Below, in pieces: positions 8,645-18,501 of a stretch of DNA of 64,000 nt (positions within the stretch are counted from its first letter, which is position 1; every line of letters begins with the position of its first letter). The notes beneath the pieces were generated by a model. It saw nothing but the letters and a program-made list of their open reading frames with translations, was not told the DNA's origin and made no database searches. This DNA comes from an uncultured Croceitalea sp. (GTDB lineage Bacteria; Bacteroidota; Bacteroidia; Flavobacteriales; Flavobacteriaceae). Both the position numbers and the translations under genes were made by a program. The DNA lies in NCBI RefSeq assembly GCF_947495075.1, contig NZ_CANLXH010000004.1; one strand, 5' to 3'.

Positions 8645-9640
8645 ATGAAAGAAACACTAAATAGACTTATTAATCACGAAATTCTTGAAAAAGAAGATGC
8701 TAAACAAATTTTGGTAAACATTGCCAAAGGTGATTATAATACAAGCCAGATAGCCGCATTTTTAACGGTTTATATGATGCGTAGCATTACTATTGAAGAA
8801 TTAGAAGGCTTCCGAGATGCATTGTTAGAATTATGCTTAGCCATAGATTTATCTAAGTATAACCCAATTGATTTATGTGGTACTGGTGGTGATGGTAAAG
8901 ACACTTTTAATATTTCTACATTATCTTCTTTTGTAACCGCAGGAGCTGGTATAAAAGTTACTAAACATGGAAATTATGGAGTTTCCTCAAAATGTGGTAG
9001 TAGTAATGTGATGGAGTTTCTAGGCATCAAATTTAGTAATGAGGCAGGCTTTCTAAAAAAATCTATTGAGGAGGCTGGGATTTGTGTACTACATGCTCCT
9101 TTATTTCACCCAGCCATGAAAAACGTTGCGCCTATAAGAAGAGAATTAGCCGTAAAGACTTTCTTTAACATGCTAGGACCAATGGTGAATCCTGCTTTTC
9201 CAAAAAACCAAATGGTAGGTGTTTTTAATTTAGAATTGGCTAGAATGTACGGGTATCTGTATCAGAATACGGATAAGAATTTTACCATTCTACATGCACT
9301 TGATGGTTACGATGAGATAAGTTTAACAGGAGATACAAAAACAATTTCTAATGGTACAGAGGCAATTATAAAACCTTCGGACTTTAATATTAAACCGGTA
9401 CGTGCAAATGAAATTACTGGAGGTGATGATGTTGCAGATTCTGCCCAAATTTTTATTGATGTATTAAGCGGTAAAGGCACCGAAGCTCAAAACAATGTAG
9501 TTTGTGCAAATGCAGGTATTGCTATTTCTACAGTTGAAGGTATCAGTCCAATACAGGGATTTGAGAAAGCAAAAGAATCGTTATTAAGTGGTAAGGGTTT
9601 AAAAGCATTAAAGAAATTACAGGAACTGAGTAAGAAATGA
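8645..9640 (+). CDS. trpD: Anthranilate phosphoribosyltransferase
   Basis: DLCGTGGDG..TFNIST, KHGN..VSSKCGS. Confidence 0.95.
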   Translation: MKETLNRLINHEILEKEDAKQILVNIAKGDYNTSQIAAFLTVYMMRSITIEELEGFRDALLELCLAIDLSKYNPIDLCGTGGDGKDTFNISTLSSFVTAGAGIKVTKHGNYGVSSKCGSSNVMEFLGIKFSNEAGFLKKSIEEAGICVLHAPLFHPAMKNVAPIRRELAVKTFFNMLGPMVNPAFPKNQMVGVFNLELARMYGYLYQNTDKNFTILHALDGYDEISLTGDTKTISNGTEAIIKPSDFNIKPVRANEITGGDDVADSAQIFIDVLSGKGTEAQNNVVCANAGIAISTVEGISPIQGFEKAKESLLSGKGLKALKKLQELSKK

Positions 9641-9715
9641 TATCATGTCGAACGCATGTGAGACATCTCAATCAAAATTGGATTTCTCAATCGCTTCGCT
9701 CATGTCGAAATGACA
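9638..9715. repeat. REP-like imperfect palindrome (trpD-trpC spacer)
   Basis: Left TATCATGTCGAACGCATGTGAGACATC, right GATTTCTC...GTCGAAATGACA. Confidence 0.65.
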
Positions 9716-9725
9716 TTTATAACAA

Positions 9726-10511
9726 ATGAATATATTAGATAAAATAATAGCCGATAAGTACAAGGAAGTTAATCTAAAAAAATCACTTATCCCCATTTCA
9801 CAATTGGAGCAGTCTAAATTGTTCGGTAGAGATGTAAAATCATTAGCTACAGCACTTAGGAGCAGTAGTACCGGAATAATAGCAGAGCATAAAAGACGTT
9901 CCCCATCTAAAGGCACTATAAACCAGAATACGAATGTAGGGCAAGTTGCGATTGGATATCAAAATGCTGGTGTTTGTGGCATGAGTGTCTTGACAGATAT
10001 CAAGTATTTTGGTGGTTCACTAGAAGATTTACAATTGGCACGAGCATCTGCTGAGATGCCATTATTACGCAAAGAATTTATCATAGATGAATACCAAATT
10101 TTAGAGGCCAAGTCAAACGGGGCAGATGTAATTTTACTAATAGCCGCAGTTTTATCCAAAGAAGAAATAAAAGTCTTTTCTGAGCTTGCAAAAAGTTTAC
10201 ATTTAGATGTTTTGTTAGAAGTTCATAACGAAGAGGAATTGCAGAAATCCATAATGCCAAGTTTAGATATGCTTGGTGTAAATAATCGAGATTTAAAAAC
10301 CTTTGAAGTTAGTCTGAATACTAGTAAAGAATTATCAAAACAGATTCCTGATGATTTTGTAAAAGTTTCTGAAAGTGGAATTAGCTCTATTGAAGCCATC
10401 CAAGATTTAAAACAGTTTGGGTACCAAGGTTTTCTGATTGGTGAAAACTTTATGAAAACGGAAAATCCTGGAAAAAGTGCACTAGATTTTATTAATGAAT
10501 TAAAAAAATAA
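9726..10511 (+). CDS. trpC: Indole-3-glycerol-phosphate synthase
   Basis: IAEHKRRSPSKG, SVLTD, LLRKEFI, GVNNRDL, VSESGI. Confidence 0.95.
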   Translation: MNILDKIIADKYKEVNLKKSLIPISQLEQSKLFGRDVKSLATALRSSSTGIIAEHKRRSPSKGTINQNTNVGQVAIGYQNAGVCGMSVLTDIKYFGGSLEDLQLARASAEMPLLRKEFIIDEYQILEAKSNGADVILLIAAVLSKEEIKVFSELAKSLHLDVLLEVHNEEELQKSIMPSLDMLGVNNRDLKTFEVSLNTSKELSKQIPDDFVKVSESGISSIEAIQDLKQFGYQGFLIGENFMKTENPGKSALDFINELKK

Positions 10512-10603
10512 CATCATTTCGAGTGATTTGTGATAGTAAATCGTATCGAGAAAAGCGAGCCTCGATACATTCTAAAATAATTTCCAAAACACTCGACCTA
10601 ACA
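10511..10603. repeat. Multi-arm palindromic element, copy 1 (trpC-trpF spacer)
   Basis: Outer TCGAGTG 10519-10525 / CACTCGA 10590-10596; inner GTATCGAG 10543-10550 / CTCGATAC 10561-10568. Confidence 0.7.
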
Positions 10604-10623
10604 TAATAAAATTAAAATAATTA

Positions 10624-11307
10624 ATGGAGTATTATTATACCAATAAAGACAAAAAATCAATAATAAAGGGAGCTAAATCTCTTAAGTTAAAAGTCTGTGG
10701 TATGAATAAAAATATCTCAGCGGTGGCAACATTAAAGCCAGATTACTTAGGTTTTATTTTTTGGAAACCATCAAAACGCTATTTTAATAATGAAATACCA
10801 GCTATCCCGCATAGCATTAAAAAAGTAGGTGTTTTTGTCGATGCAAAAATATCAGAAATCAAGCATTTGGCCGAGCAATTTGAGCTGCTCTATGTTCAGC
10901 TGCATGGGAAGGAAAGTCCTGCTTTTTGCGATGAACTAAAAAAGCAAGTTCCACAACTAAAAATTATTAAGGTTTTTTCAATCAAAGACGACTTCAACTT
11001 TGAACAATTAAGACATTTTGAAGATGTATGTGATTTCTATTTATTTGATACCAAAGGAAAATTACCTGGCGGCAATGGCTATGTTTTTAATTGGTCTGTC
11101 TTAAAAAACTATCCATCTACCAAACCCTACTTTTTAAGTGGAGGAATTGGGTTAAACGAATTAGAATCAATACGTGAATTTCTAAAAAGACCAGAATCTC
11201 AATACTGTCACGCTATAGATGTAAATAGCAAATTTGAAATAGAGCCTGGATTGAAGGATATTGAAAAACTAAAAGAATTTAAACGAGCATTGTTAAGTAC
11301 TGATTAA
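10624..11307 (+). CDS. trpF: Phosphoribosylanthranilate isomerase (with about 20-aa N-terminal extension)
   Basis: KLKVCG, VGVFV, VQLHG.ES, LFDT, LSGG, DVNSKFE. Confidence 0.92.
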   Translation: MEYYYTNKDKKSIIKGAKSLKLKVCGMNKNISAVATLKPDYLGFIFWKPSKRYFNNEIPAIPHSIKKVGVFVDAKISEIKHLAEQFELLYVQLHGKESPAFCDELKKQVPQLKIIKVFSIKDDFNFEQLRHFEDVCDFYLFDTKGKLPGGNGYVFNWSVLKNYPSTKPYFLSGGIGLNELESIREFLKRPESQYCHAIDVNSKFEIEPGLKDIEKLKEFKRALLSTD

Positions 11308-11308
11308 T

Positions 11309-12490
11309 ATGAATTATCACGCAGACGAAAAAGGATATTATGGAGAATTTGGGGGAGCATTTATTCCAGAGATGCTTTACCCAAATGTAGAAGAGTTACG
11401 CCAAAAATATTTGGACATCATGTATGAAGAATCTTTTCAAGAAGAGTTTCATCAGCTATTAAAAGATTATGTGGGTAGACCTTCTCCTTTATATTTTGCT
11501 AACAGGCTTTCGAAAAAACATAATTGCAGAATTTATTTAAAACGAGAAGACTTAAACCATACGGGAGCCCATAAAGTCAACAATACTATTGGCCAGATTT
11601 TAATGGCTCAAAAACTAGGTAAAAAACGAATCATAGCAGAAACTGGTGCCGGGCAGCACGGCGTAGCTACAGCCACTGTTTGTGCTTTAATGGGTATGGA
11701 ATGTATTGTATATATGGGCGAAATCGATATTGCTCGCCAAGCTCCCAACGTTGCTCGTATGAAAATGTTAGGAGCAGAAGTGAGACCAGCGCTATCTGGG
11801 AGTAGAACTTTAAAAGATGCCACTAATGAGGCTATTCGCGATTGGATTAATAACCCTGTAGACACCCACTATATTATTGGCTCTGCTATTGGTCCTCACC
11901 CTTATCCAGATATGGTAACGCGTTTTCAATCAGTGATTTCAGAAGAGATAAAATGGCAACTAAAAGAAAAAGAAGGACGTGAAAATCCTGATTATGTGGT
12001 AGCCTGTATTGGTGGTGGCAGTAATGCTGCTGGCACCTACTATCATTTTCTTGATGAACCGGAAGTAGGCATTATAGCTGTTGAGGCAGCTGGAAAAGGT
12101 GTAGAAACAGGCGAAAGTGCTGCTACTTCGGCATTAGGTAAAGTAGGTATTATTCACGGTTGTAAAACTATGCTGATGCAAACAACCGACGGACAAATAA
12201 CCGAACCGTATTCCATCTCAGCAGGGCTGGATTACCCTGGTGTAGGCCCTATGCATTCGCATTTACATAAATCTGGTCGAGCGGAATTTTACTCTGCAAC
12301 GGATGATGAAGCCATGACAGCAGGATTAGAACTCTCACAATTGGAAGGTATTATTCCAGCTATAGAAACAGGACATGCCTTTGCGATTTTCGACCATAAA
12401 AAATTTCAACCGGAAGATGTAGTTGTTATTAGTTTATCTGGGCGAGGAGATAAAGATTTACAAACCTATATTGATTACTTTAAATTATAG
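11309..12490 (+). CDS. trpB: Tryptophan synthase beta chain
   Basis: [39 protein letters not shown]. Confidence 0.97.
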   Translation: MNYHADEKGYYGEFGGAFIPEMLYPNVEELRQKYLDIMYEESFQEEFHQLLKDYVGRPSPLYFANRLSKKHNCRIYLKREDLNHTGAHKVNNTIGQILMAQKLGKKRIIAETGAGQHGVATATVCALMGMECIVYMGEIDIARQAPNVARMKMLGAEVRPALSGSRTLKDATNEAIRDWINNPVDTHYIIGSAIGPHPYPDMVTRFQSVISEEIKWQLKEKEGRENPDYVVACIGGGSNAAGTYYHFLDEPEVGIIAVEAAGKGVETGESAATSALGKVGIIHGCKTMLMQTTDGQITEPYSISAGLDYPGVGPMHSHLHKSGRAEFYSATDDEAMTAGLELSQLEGIIPAIETGHAFAIFDHKKFQPEDVVVISLSGRGDKDLQTYIDYFKL

Positions 12491-12538
12491 ATTTTAGTAT
12501 TGAGAATTCTAAATACTAATATCTCAAATCTTATTACT
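12488..12538. repeat. Inverted array of degenerate 7-mers (trpB-trpA spacer)
   Basis: tagattt|tagtatt|gagaatt-ct-aaatact|aatatct|caaatct|tattact; same units as 8571-8637. Confidence 0.65.
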
Positions 12539-12544
12539 TAACAA

Positions 12545-13306
12545 ATGAATAGAATTCATCAAAAATTACAAGAGGATAAAAAACTCCTCTCTATATATTT
12601 CACAGCAGGTTATCCAAGTTTAAACGACACCGTCCATATTATCCAGAAATTAGAAAAAAACGGTGTAGACATGATAGAGATTGGATTACCTTTTAGTGAT
12701 CCTTTAGCAGATGGGCCGACTATCCAAGATAGCTCTACCTCCGCCTTGAAAAATGGGATGACTACTGAAAAACTTTTTGAACAATTAAAAGACATTCGTA
12801 AGTCAGTTTCCGTTCCACTTATTGTCATGGGCTATTTTAATCCGATGCTTCAATACGGAGTGGAAGCCTTTTGTAAAAAATGTGCCGAAATTGGTATCGA
12901 CGGAATTATCATGCCAGATTTACCTTTAGATGTATATCAGTCAGATTATGAAGCAACCTTTAAAAAATACGGTCTCATCAATGTATTCTTGATTACGCCG
13001 CAGACCAGTGATGAACGCATTCGTAAAATTGATGAAGCCTCAGATGGTTTTATTTATATGGTAAGTTCCGCAAGTGTTACCGGCTCAAAATCAGGCTTTG
13101 GAAATGAGCAAACCGACTACTTTGAGCGTATTGCAAAAATGAACTTAAAAAATCCACAGATTGTAGGTTTTGGTATTAAAGATGCAGAAACCTTTCGGCA
13201 GGCGACAAAAACAGCCAAAGGTGCAATTATAGGGTCAGCTTTTATTAAATATCTAACTTCCAAAGGAGTGGAAGCTATAGCTAGTTTTGTTAAGACCATC
13301 AGATAA
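12545..13306 (+). CDS. trpA: Tryptophan synthase alpha chain
   Basis: EIGLPFSDPLADGPTIQ, MGYFNP, VSSASVTG, VGFGI. Confidence 0.97.
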   Translation: MNRIHQKLQEDKKLLSIYFTAGYPSLNDTVHIIQKLEKNGVDMIEIGLPFSDPLADGPTIQDSSTSALKNGMTTEKLFEQLKDIRKSVSVPLIVMGYFNPMLQYGVEAFCKKCAEIGIDGIIMPDLPLDVYQSDYEATFKKYGLINVFLITPQTSDERIRKIDEASDGFIYMVSSASVTGSKSGFGNEQTDYFERIAKMNLKNPQIVGFGIKDAETFRQATKTAKGAIIGSAFIKYLTSKGVEAIASFVKTIR

Positions 13307-13390
13307 AATTATTTTAAAGAAAATCTAGAAAAAAGGAAGGGCTTTTTCTTTTTCAAATGTTAGTATTGTTAAAATATAAAAAACACTACT

Positions 13391-13894
13391 ATGAGAAAGT
13401 ACTTCTTTTTAATCTTAATCTGCCTATTTGCTATAAATTCCTATTCACAAGAAAATGCTACCATCAAACCGGAAAAAAATGTGGTACATGGCTCATTTGG
13501 CACTTTTATTCTTTTCTTTCAAGGGCAGATTACCTACGATAGGCTTCTTGTATCAAAGCCAGAAGATTTTTTTAAATCGTACTATCTTACTGCGAAAGGT
13601 GGTAGACATGCTTATTTAGATTTTAGTGGTAGTAGAAGTGGGTCTGGCTATTTGACCAGCCTTGGACTTACAGCTTTAACAGGGTCTGGGAAAAATCATT
13701 TCGAAATTGGATTTGGATTAGGCTATTTTTCAGAAACAAATGATGAGAACCCCGATGAAGATTTCTCAGATGACAGTCGGTTCTTTCCTCAAATTTCTAT
13801 TGGCTATAGAAAACAAAGCGCTAATGGTTTTATGTTTAGAACTGGAATCGGCGTTGCAGAATGGGCATATGTAGGGTTTGGTTATAGTTTTTAA
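13391..13894 (+). CDS. Hypothetical outer-membrane beta-barrel-like protein
   Basis: Signal peptide, alternating aromatic strands, C-terminal GFGYSF. Confidence 0.6.
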   Translation: MRKYFFLILICLFAINSYSQENATIKPEKNVVHGSFGTFILFFQGQITYDRLLVSKPEDFFKSYYLTAKGGRHAYLDFSGSRSGSGYLTSLGLTALTGSGKNHFEIGFGLGYFSETNDENPDEDFSDDSRFFPQISIGYRKQSANGFMFRTGIGVAEWAYVGFGYSF

Positions 13895-13939
13895 GTCTTA
13901 TACCGCACTTTTTTTGATATCTTAGAACAAACTTTTTAC

Positions 13940-15436
13940 ATGAAGCAGTATTTATTGATTTTACTGGTATTTTGTTCAATATTCTCGTATTCTCAAAATT
14001 CCTTAAAGCTTAAAACACAAGTAGTAAATTCCATAAATGAATTACGCAATTTTGTAGCTATACCAAACGATGCCTTAAATGCAAATGATATTCAGAGGAA
14101 TATTTTTTGGTTAAAGAAAAAATTCAATCAGCGTGGCTTTAACACCACGGAATTGGAAACCGAAAATCATCCTTTATTTTTTGCAACACTTCCTATGGAA
14201 GAAAGTAAACCAACCATACTCATTTATATGCATTTTGATGGGCAATCTGTTGACTCAAATAAATGGAATCAACCAAACCCTTATACTGCTGTTCTAAAAA
14301 AACCAAATGAGAATGGTTTTGAGACTGTTCCATTTGATGCTATGGGTGAGGATATCAATTACGATTGGCGCTTGTTCGGTCGTTCTACATCAGATGATAA
14401 GGGACCAATTGTGATGTTATTAAATGCTATAGACTTATTAAAAGAAGAAAATAAAGTCTTGCCATTTAACGTAAAGGTAATCTTGGATGGCGAAGAGGAA
14501 AAAAGTAGCAAACCTTTACCCAAAGCGGTAAAAGAATATCGTGAACTATTAGAAGCAGATTTTTTACTAATTGCGGATGGTCCTGTACATTCTTCTGGTA
14601 AACCAACAGTTGTTTATGGCTGTCGTGGTATAACCACCTTATCATTAACTACTTATGGCCCTGTAAAACCACAACATAGCGGACATTATGGAAACTATGC
14701 TCCTAATCCTGGATTTCAACTAGCACAGCTATTAGCAACTATGAAAGATGAGTATGGTCGAGTTACAATTCCTGGATATTATGATGGGATAACTCTTGAT
14801 GAAACCGCCCAAAATGTTTTAAAAAATGTTCCCGACAGCAAAGAAGCTATAGCAGAAAAGCTACAATTTAAAACAGCAGAAAAAGTAGGTGATTTTTATC
14901 AAGAAGCCCTGCAATACCCTAGTTTAAATATTCGCGGTTTAGGTTCTGGATGGATTGGTAAAGAAGCTAGAACTATTGTACCAGCGACTGCAACGGCTGA
15001 ATTGGATTTACGATTGGTGCCAGAGTCTGATGGTACTAGATTAAAAAAACTAGTAAAAGACCATATAAAAAAACAAGGTTACCAGATTATAGATCATATT
15101 CCCAGTAAAGAAGAACGAATGGCTCATGATAAAATAGTAAGCTTTTCAGAAGGTTCGGTAACAGATGCTTTTAGAACAGATTTAGACAATAACTATGGTG
15201 ACTTTTTAGTAAACACAATGCAACAGGCTTTTAGTGAGGATATTGTCCAAATACGAATTATGGGTGGCACGGTACCTATTGCCCCATTTATAAATGAGTT
15301 ACAGATACCTGCTTTTATTGTTCCCATGGTAAACCCAGATAACAACCAATATAGCCCCAATGAAAATTTGAAGATTGGTCAGTTAGCGTATGGGATACTG
15401 GCATTTTATAGTATATTAAGTACTTCACATAATTAA
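13940..15436 (+). CDS. Exported M20/M25/M40 family metallopeptidase
   Basis: YMHFDGQ, GRSTSDDKG, DGEEE, HSGHYGN; C-terminal QYSPNEN where QH is expected. Confidence 0.88.
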   Translation: MKQYLLILLVFCSIFSYSQNSLKLKTQVVNSINELRNFVAIPNDALNANDIQRNIFWLKKKFNQRGFNTTELETENHPLFFATLPMEESKPTILIYMHFDGQSVDSNKWNQPNPYTAVLKKPNENGFETVPFDAMGEDINYDWRLFGRSTSDDKGPIVMLLNAIDLLKEENKVLPFNVKVILDGEEEKSSKPLPKAVKEYRELLEADFLLIADGPVHSSGKPTVVYGCRGITTLSLTTYGPVKPQHSGHYGNYAPNPGFQLAQLLATMKDEYGRVTIPGYYDGITLDETAQNVLKNVPDSKEAIAEKLQFKTAEKVGDFYQEALQYPSLNIRGLGSGWIGKEARTIVPATATAELDLRLVPESDGTRLKKLVKDHIKKQGYQIIDHIPSKEERMAHDKIVSFSEGSVTDAFRTDLDNNYGDFLVNTMQQAFSEDIVQIRIMGGTVPIAPFINELQIPAFIVPMVNPDNNQYSPNENLKIGQLAYGILAFYSILSTSHN

Positions 15437-15536
15437 TCAACGTAATCTATTCCAGCATTTTGTCAGGTAGTTTATAGCACATCGTCTTATATAGCAATCA
15501 AAAAGAAATTAGTGTATACTTTAGAGCTTATTTAAA

Positions 15537-17390
15537 ATGAGGCATATGGAGACAAATAGGATATTGGGTTATTTAAAAGATGTGTTAAAAAATATGCCAG
15601 TAGATTGGTTGAACTTAACAACGCATCGGCTAGATATTTACAATGAAAAGTTGGCAAAAACTCAGTTCCTAGACCAGTTAGAAGTTTTATATAATACCAA
15701 TAATGCCAAATCATCAGCACTCAGTGAACTACCAACTGCTTTTGACTATATACGATTAGGTCATCCATTGTCCTGCGTGTTGGAATGGGGCATTGCAAAA
15801 ATCCATGACCTTAAACCAGACAATATTGTTAGTTTTTCGTCAAGAACAACGCCAATATTGGCAATTCTTAGAAAAAATAAATTAGACAAAAAAAATACCC
15901 GGATTCTTTACACCCATAGCCTCCCCGATTTTTTTGATGTTGAAATATTAAGGGATATTTATGGATATACGTTTAATGTAAATAAAATTGAAAATACAGC
16001 TGCCATTTCTGAGTTTGACGGTACCACCGTTCTATTCTCTGAACAGGTCAATATTCATGAATTTAATCTTTCTGCAGCTATTGATTTCTATATTAACACA
16101 CATAATGATTATGGAAGTATTTTAGTCGTAAATGGGGAACAAAACGAAAACTATATTTCAGAAATTCAACATGTTCGAAGAAGAGAGACTATTGCCATGA
16201 CACCTGCAAATTGTCACAAAGTCATAAAAAATATGATAACACCATTCTCGCATAACGTGGATAAAAGTGAGTTTGAGTCAAATAAATCTAAAGTCTTAGG
16301 TTCCATTTCAAAAATTACAAGAACATCTACAAAGGCACTAGTTGGTTCTAGTGGTTTATCTATTCAGTATGCGATTATGATGGGGTTTGTCCATGATGCA
16401 ATAGAAAATCACAAAGGAAAAGCCATCAAGTTCATAGTACCTCCTAATTGTTACGGAGGCACCAACGATCAAGCAAGACGTGTGGCTGCATGTATCGAAA
16501 ATGTGGAAATCGTGGATTTACCTGTAGATGATGGTAACGATATGGCAATAGGGATTGATACTGTTTTAACTAATATTGCCCTAGAAGATGCTATTCCCTA
16601 TATCATTGCTGAAATTCCAACCAATCCTAGAGTTGAAGTTCCGGATCTAGAAAAATTAAAAGAAGTATTAAGTAGAAAACGTACAACAGCAAAGGGTAGT
16701 GCTGCGGTCGAACCTGTTTTTATTTTAGATCAAACTTTTTGTCCTAATGTTCACTTTCTAGGTGAAGGCGATATACTCGCAACAGCCAATGCTATTTCAT
16801 ATGCTAGTGGGTCCAAATTTCCAAGTGGTGGAAGATGTACGGCGGGTTATTGCGTTAGTAATGAAAAAGCAAAAGATTTAATGAAAAAAGTGGAATTACA
16901 CCTTAATCTGTGCGATAATGAAGCAACACAACTTCAGTATCAAATTTTAGCGGAGCAATTGCCATCAATGAATCAGAGAATTCACGATGCATATGAGAAA
17001 ACACATGAATTTGTAAGCTTTATCAATATGTCCTTACCAGAGGCAAAAATCAACTTTGTTTCTAAAGAAATAGCGGAAATGGGATTTACGCCTTCAGTAT
17101 TTTCATTAGACCTCCCTACTAAAGGAACTACTGCTAAAGAAAAAGAGATATACAAAAGAGAATTAAATCATAAGTTAATTAACTTAATGATTACAAAAAT
17201 CCCTAATGAAAGTAAATATTGTGTGAGTTATGGGCAGTTAAAAGGCTGTTATTGGACTATCCCGGCTACCTCCACACAAGGAACAACAAAAGAAGGGGAT
17301 AAAGATTATATTGCCCGGGTAGCTCTTTCTCCTGACATGGATTTAGAACTCCATAAGAAAGTCTTTTTAGATTTTGTTAAAAGCATATAA
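15537..17390 (+). CDS. Large Cys/Met-metabolism-type PLP-dependent enzyme
   Basis: SSG, PPNCYGGT, EIPTNP, LDQTF, SGSKFPSG (PLP Lys); extra N-terminal part with DYIRLGHP; start may be 15546. Confidence 0.7.
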   Translation: MRHMETNRILGYLKDVLKNMPVDWLNLTTHRLDIYNEKLAKTQFLDQLEVLYNTNNAKSSALSELPTAFDYIRLGHPLSCVLEWGIAKIHDLKPDNIVSFSSRTTPILAILRKNKLDKKNTRILYTHSLPDFFDVEILRDIYGYTFNVNKIENTAAISEFDGTTVLFSEQVNIHEFNLSAAIDFYINTHNDYGSILVVNGEQNENYISEIQHVRRRETIAMTPANCHKVIKNMITPFSHNVDKSEFESNKSKVLGSISKITRTSTKALVGSSGLSIQYAIMMGFVHDAIENHKGKAIKFIVPPNCYGGTNDQARRVAACIENVEIVDLPVDDGNDMAIGIDTVLTNIALEDAIPYIIAEIPTNPRVEVPDLEKLKEVLSRKRTTAKGSAAVEPVFILDQTFCPNVHFLGEGDILATANAISYASGSKFPSGGRCTAGYCVSNEKAKDLMKKVELHLNLCDNEATQLQYQILAEQLPSMNQRIHDAYEKTHEFVSFINMSLPEAKINFVSKEIAEMGFTPSVFSLDLPTKGTTAKEKEIYKRELNHKLINLMITKIPNESKYCVSYGQLKGCYWTIPATSTQGTTKEGDKDYIARVALSPDMDLELHKKVFLDFVKSI

Positions 17391-17430
17391 ATAGCTCCAT
17401 TATATATTTTGAAATACTATAAAAGTTGAA

Positions 17431-17545
17431 TGTTAGTTCGAATGATTCAGAAGTACGAAAAATTACATCGAGAATAGTTTTTTTTAACTCTTATTCTCGA
17501 TACAAATTTCACTTTCTTTATAAGTAAAATTCACTCAAATTGACA
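17431..17545. repeat. Multi-arm palindromic element, copy 2
   Basis: Outer TGTTAGTTCGAATGA / TCACTCAAATTGACA; inner ATCGAGAATA 17467-17476 / TATTCTCGAT 17492-17501. Confidence 0.7.
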
Positions 17546-17584
17546 GAATTTCATCAAAATACATAACTGGTTAAAAAAACACAA

Positions 17585-18478
17585 GTGCACAAAAAAAGCG
17601 CTAATACAGCCATAGAAACCCATGTTGTCCCTAAACTATCTGCTCCTATGCGTCTACAAGATTATGGCGTAGGTATTTTTAGTAGAGTTCCAACTAAATC
17701 TGCTTTAAAAAAAGCACTTAAAAAACAACAAATTACGGTTAACAATAGTATTGCTAGTACTGCAACTTTTATTTCTGGCGGTGAGACTATCCGCTTAACT
17801 ATGTTAGATGATAAGGTAATTTCTAAGAAAAAATTAATTTTTAAGCTAAAAGTACTTTTTGAAGATGACTACTTAGCAGTGGTGCGTAAACCTGCAGGTG
17901 TATTAGTTAGTGGAAACAAGTTTAAAACAATTGCCAATGCATTATCTCAAAACTTAAAACCAAGTATCCTAACAACTATAACCGCACCTCAACCAGTACA
18001 TCGATTAGATTATGCTACTACAGGCGTTTTATTAGTTGGAAAAACAAGTAATAGCATTTATGCTCTTAACAAATTATTCGAAAATAAAGAAATAAAAAAA
18101 ACATACTATGCAGTCACTATTGGCAATATGAAACCTGGTCGAACAATCAGCACTACTATCGATGGTAAAGCATCGCAATCAGATTATCAGATACTAGAAT
18201 CTGTTCCTTCAAAACGTTTTAACATACTTAATTTGGTGAAATTGGAACCCAAAACTGGCAGAAGGCATCAATTACGGAAACATTTATCGAGTATTGGAAA
18301 CCCTATACTAGGTGATATGATGTATGGAAAAGAAAACTTAATTTTAAAAGGTAAAGGTTTGTATTTACATGCTTATTCACTAAAATTTATACATCCATTT
18401 ACAAATGAAAAAATTTATGTAAAAGCCGAACTTCCTAAAAGATTCACTAAAATATTTGTTTCTAATATTATTGAATAA
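17585..18478 (+). CDS. RluA family pseudouridine synthase
   Basis: GTG start; VRKPAG, VHRLDYATTG, TGRRHQLR.H...IG.PILGD. Confidence 0.9.
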   Translation: MHKKSANTAIETHVVPKLSAPMRLQDYGVGIFSRVPTKSALKKALKKQQITVNNSIASTATFISGGETIRLTMLDDKVISKKKLIFKLKVLFEDDYLAVVRKPAGVLVSGNKFKTIANALSQNLKPSILTTITAPQPVHRLDYATTGVLLVGKTSNSIYALNKLFENKEIKKTYYAVTIGNMKPGRTISTTIDGKASQSDYQILESVPSKRFNILNLVKLEPKTGRRHQLRKHLSSIGNPILGDMMYGKENLILKGKGLYLHAYSLKFIHPFTNEKIYVKAELPKRFTKIFVSNIIE

Positions 18479-18501
18479 TGATATTTCTAGTTTTTATTCT
18501 T

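Noticed and set aside
11309-13306. Impression of higher GC at third codon positions in trpB/trpA, and in part of valS, suggesting recent transfer
   Set aside because: A spot count of single 60-nt lines gave 24/60 versus 21/60 G+C against trpE, too small to support the claim; a codon-usage computation is needed.
13307-13356. Possible terminator after trpA
   Set aside because: The stem is almost entirely A/T with bulges; too weak to call.
15437-15536. Possible SAM riboswitch upstream of the Cys/Met-type PLP enzyme
   Set aside because: No SAM-I or SAM-II core motif or terminator is recognisable in the 100-nt spacer.
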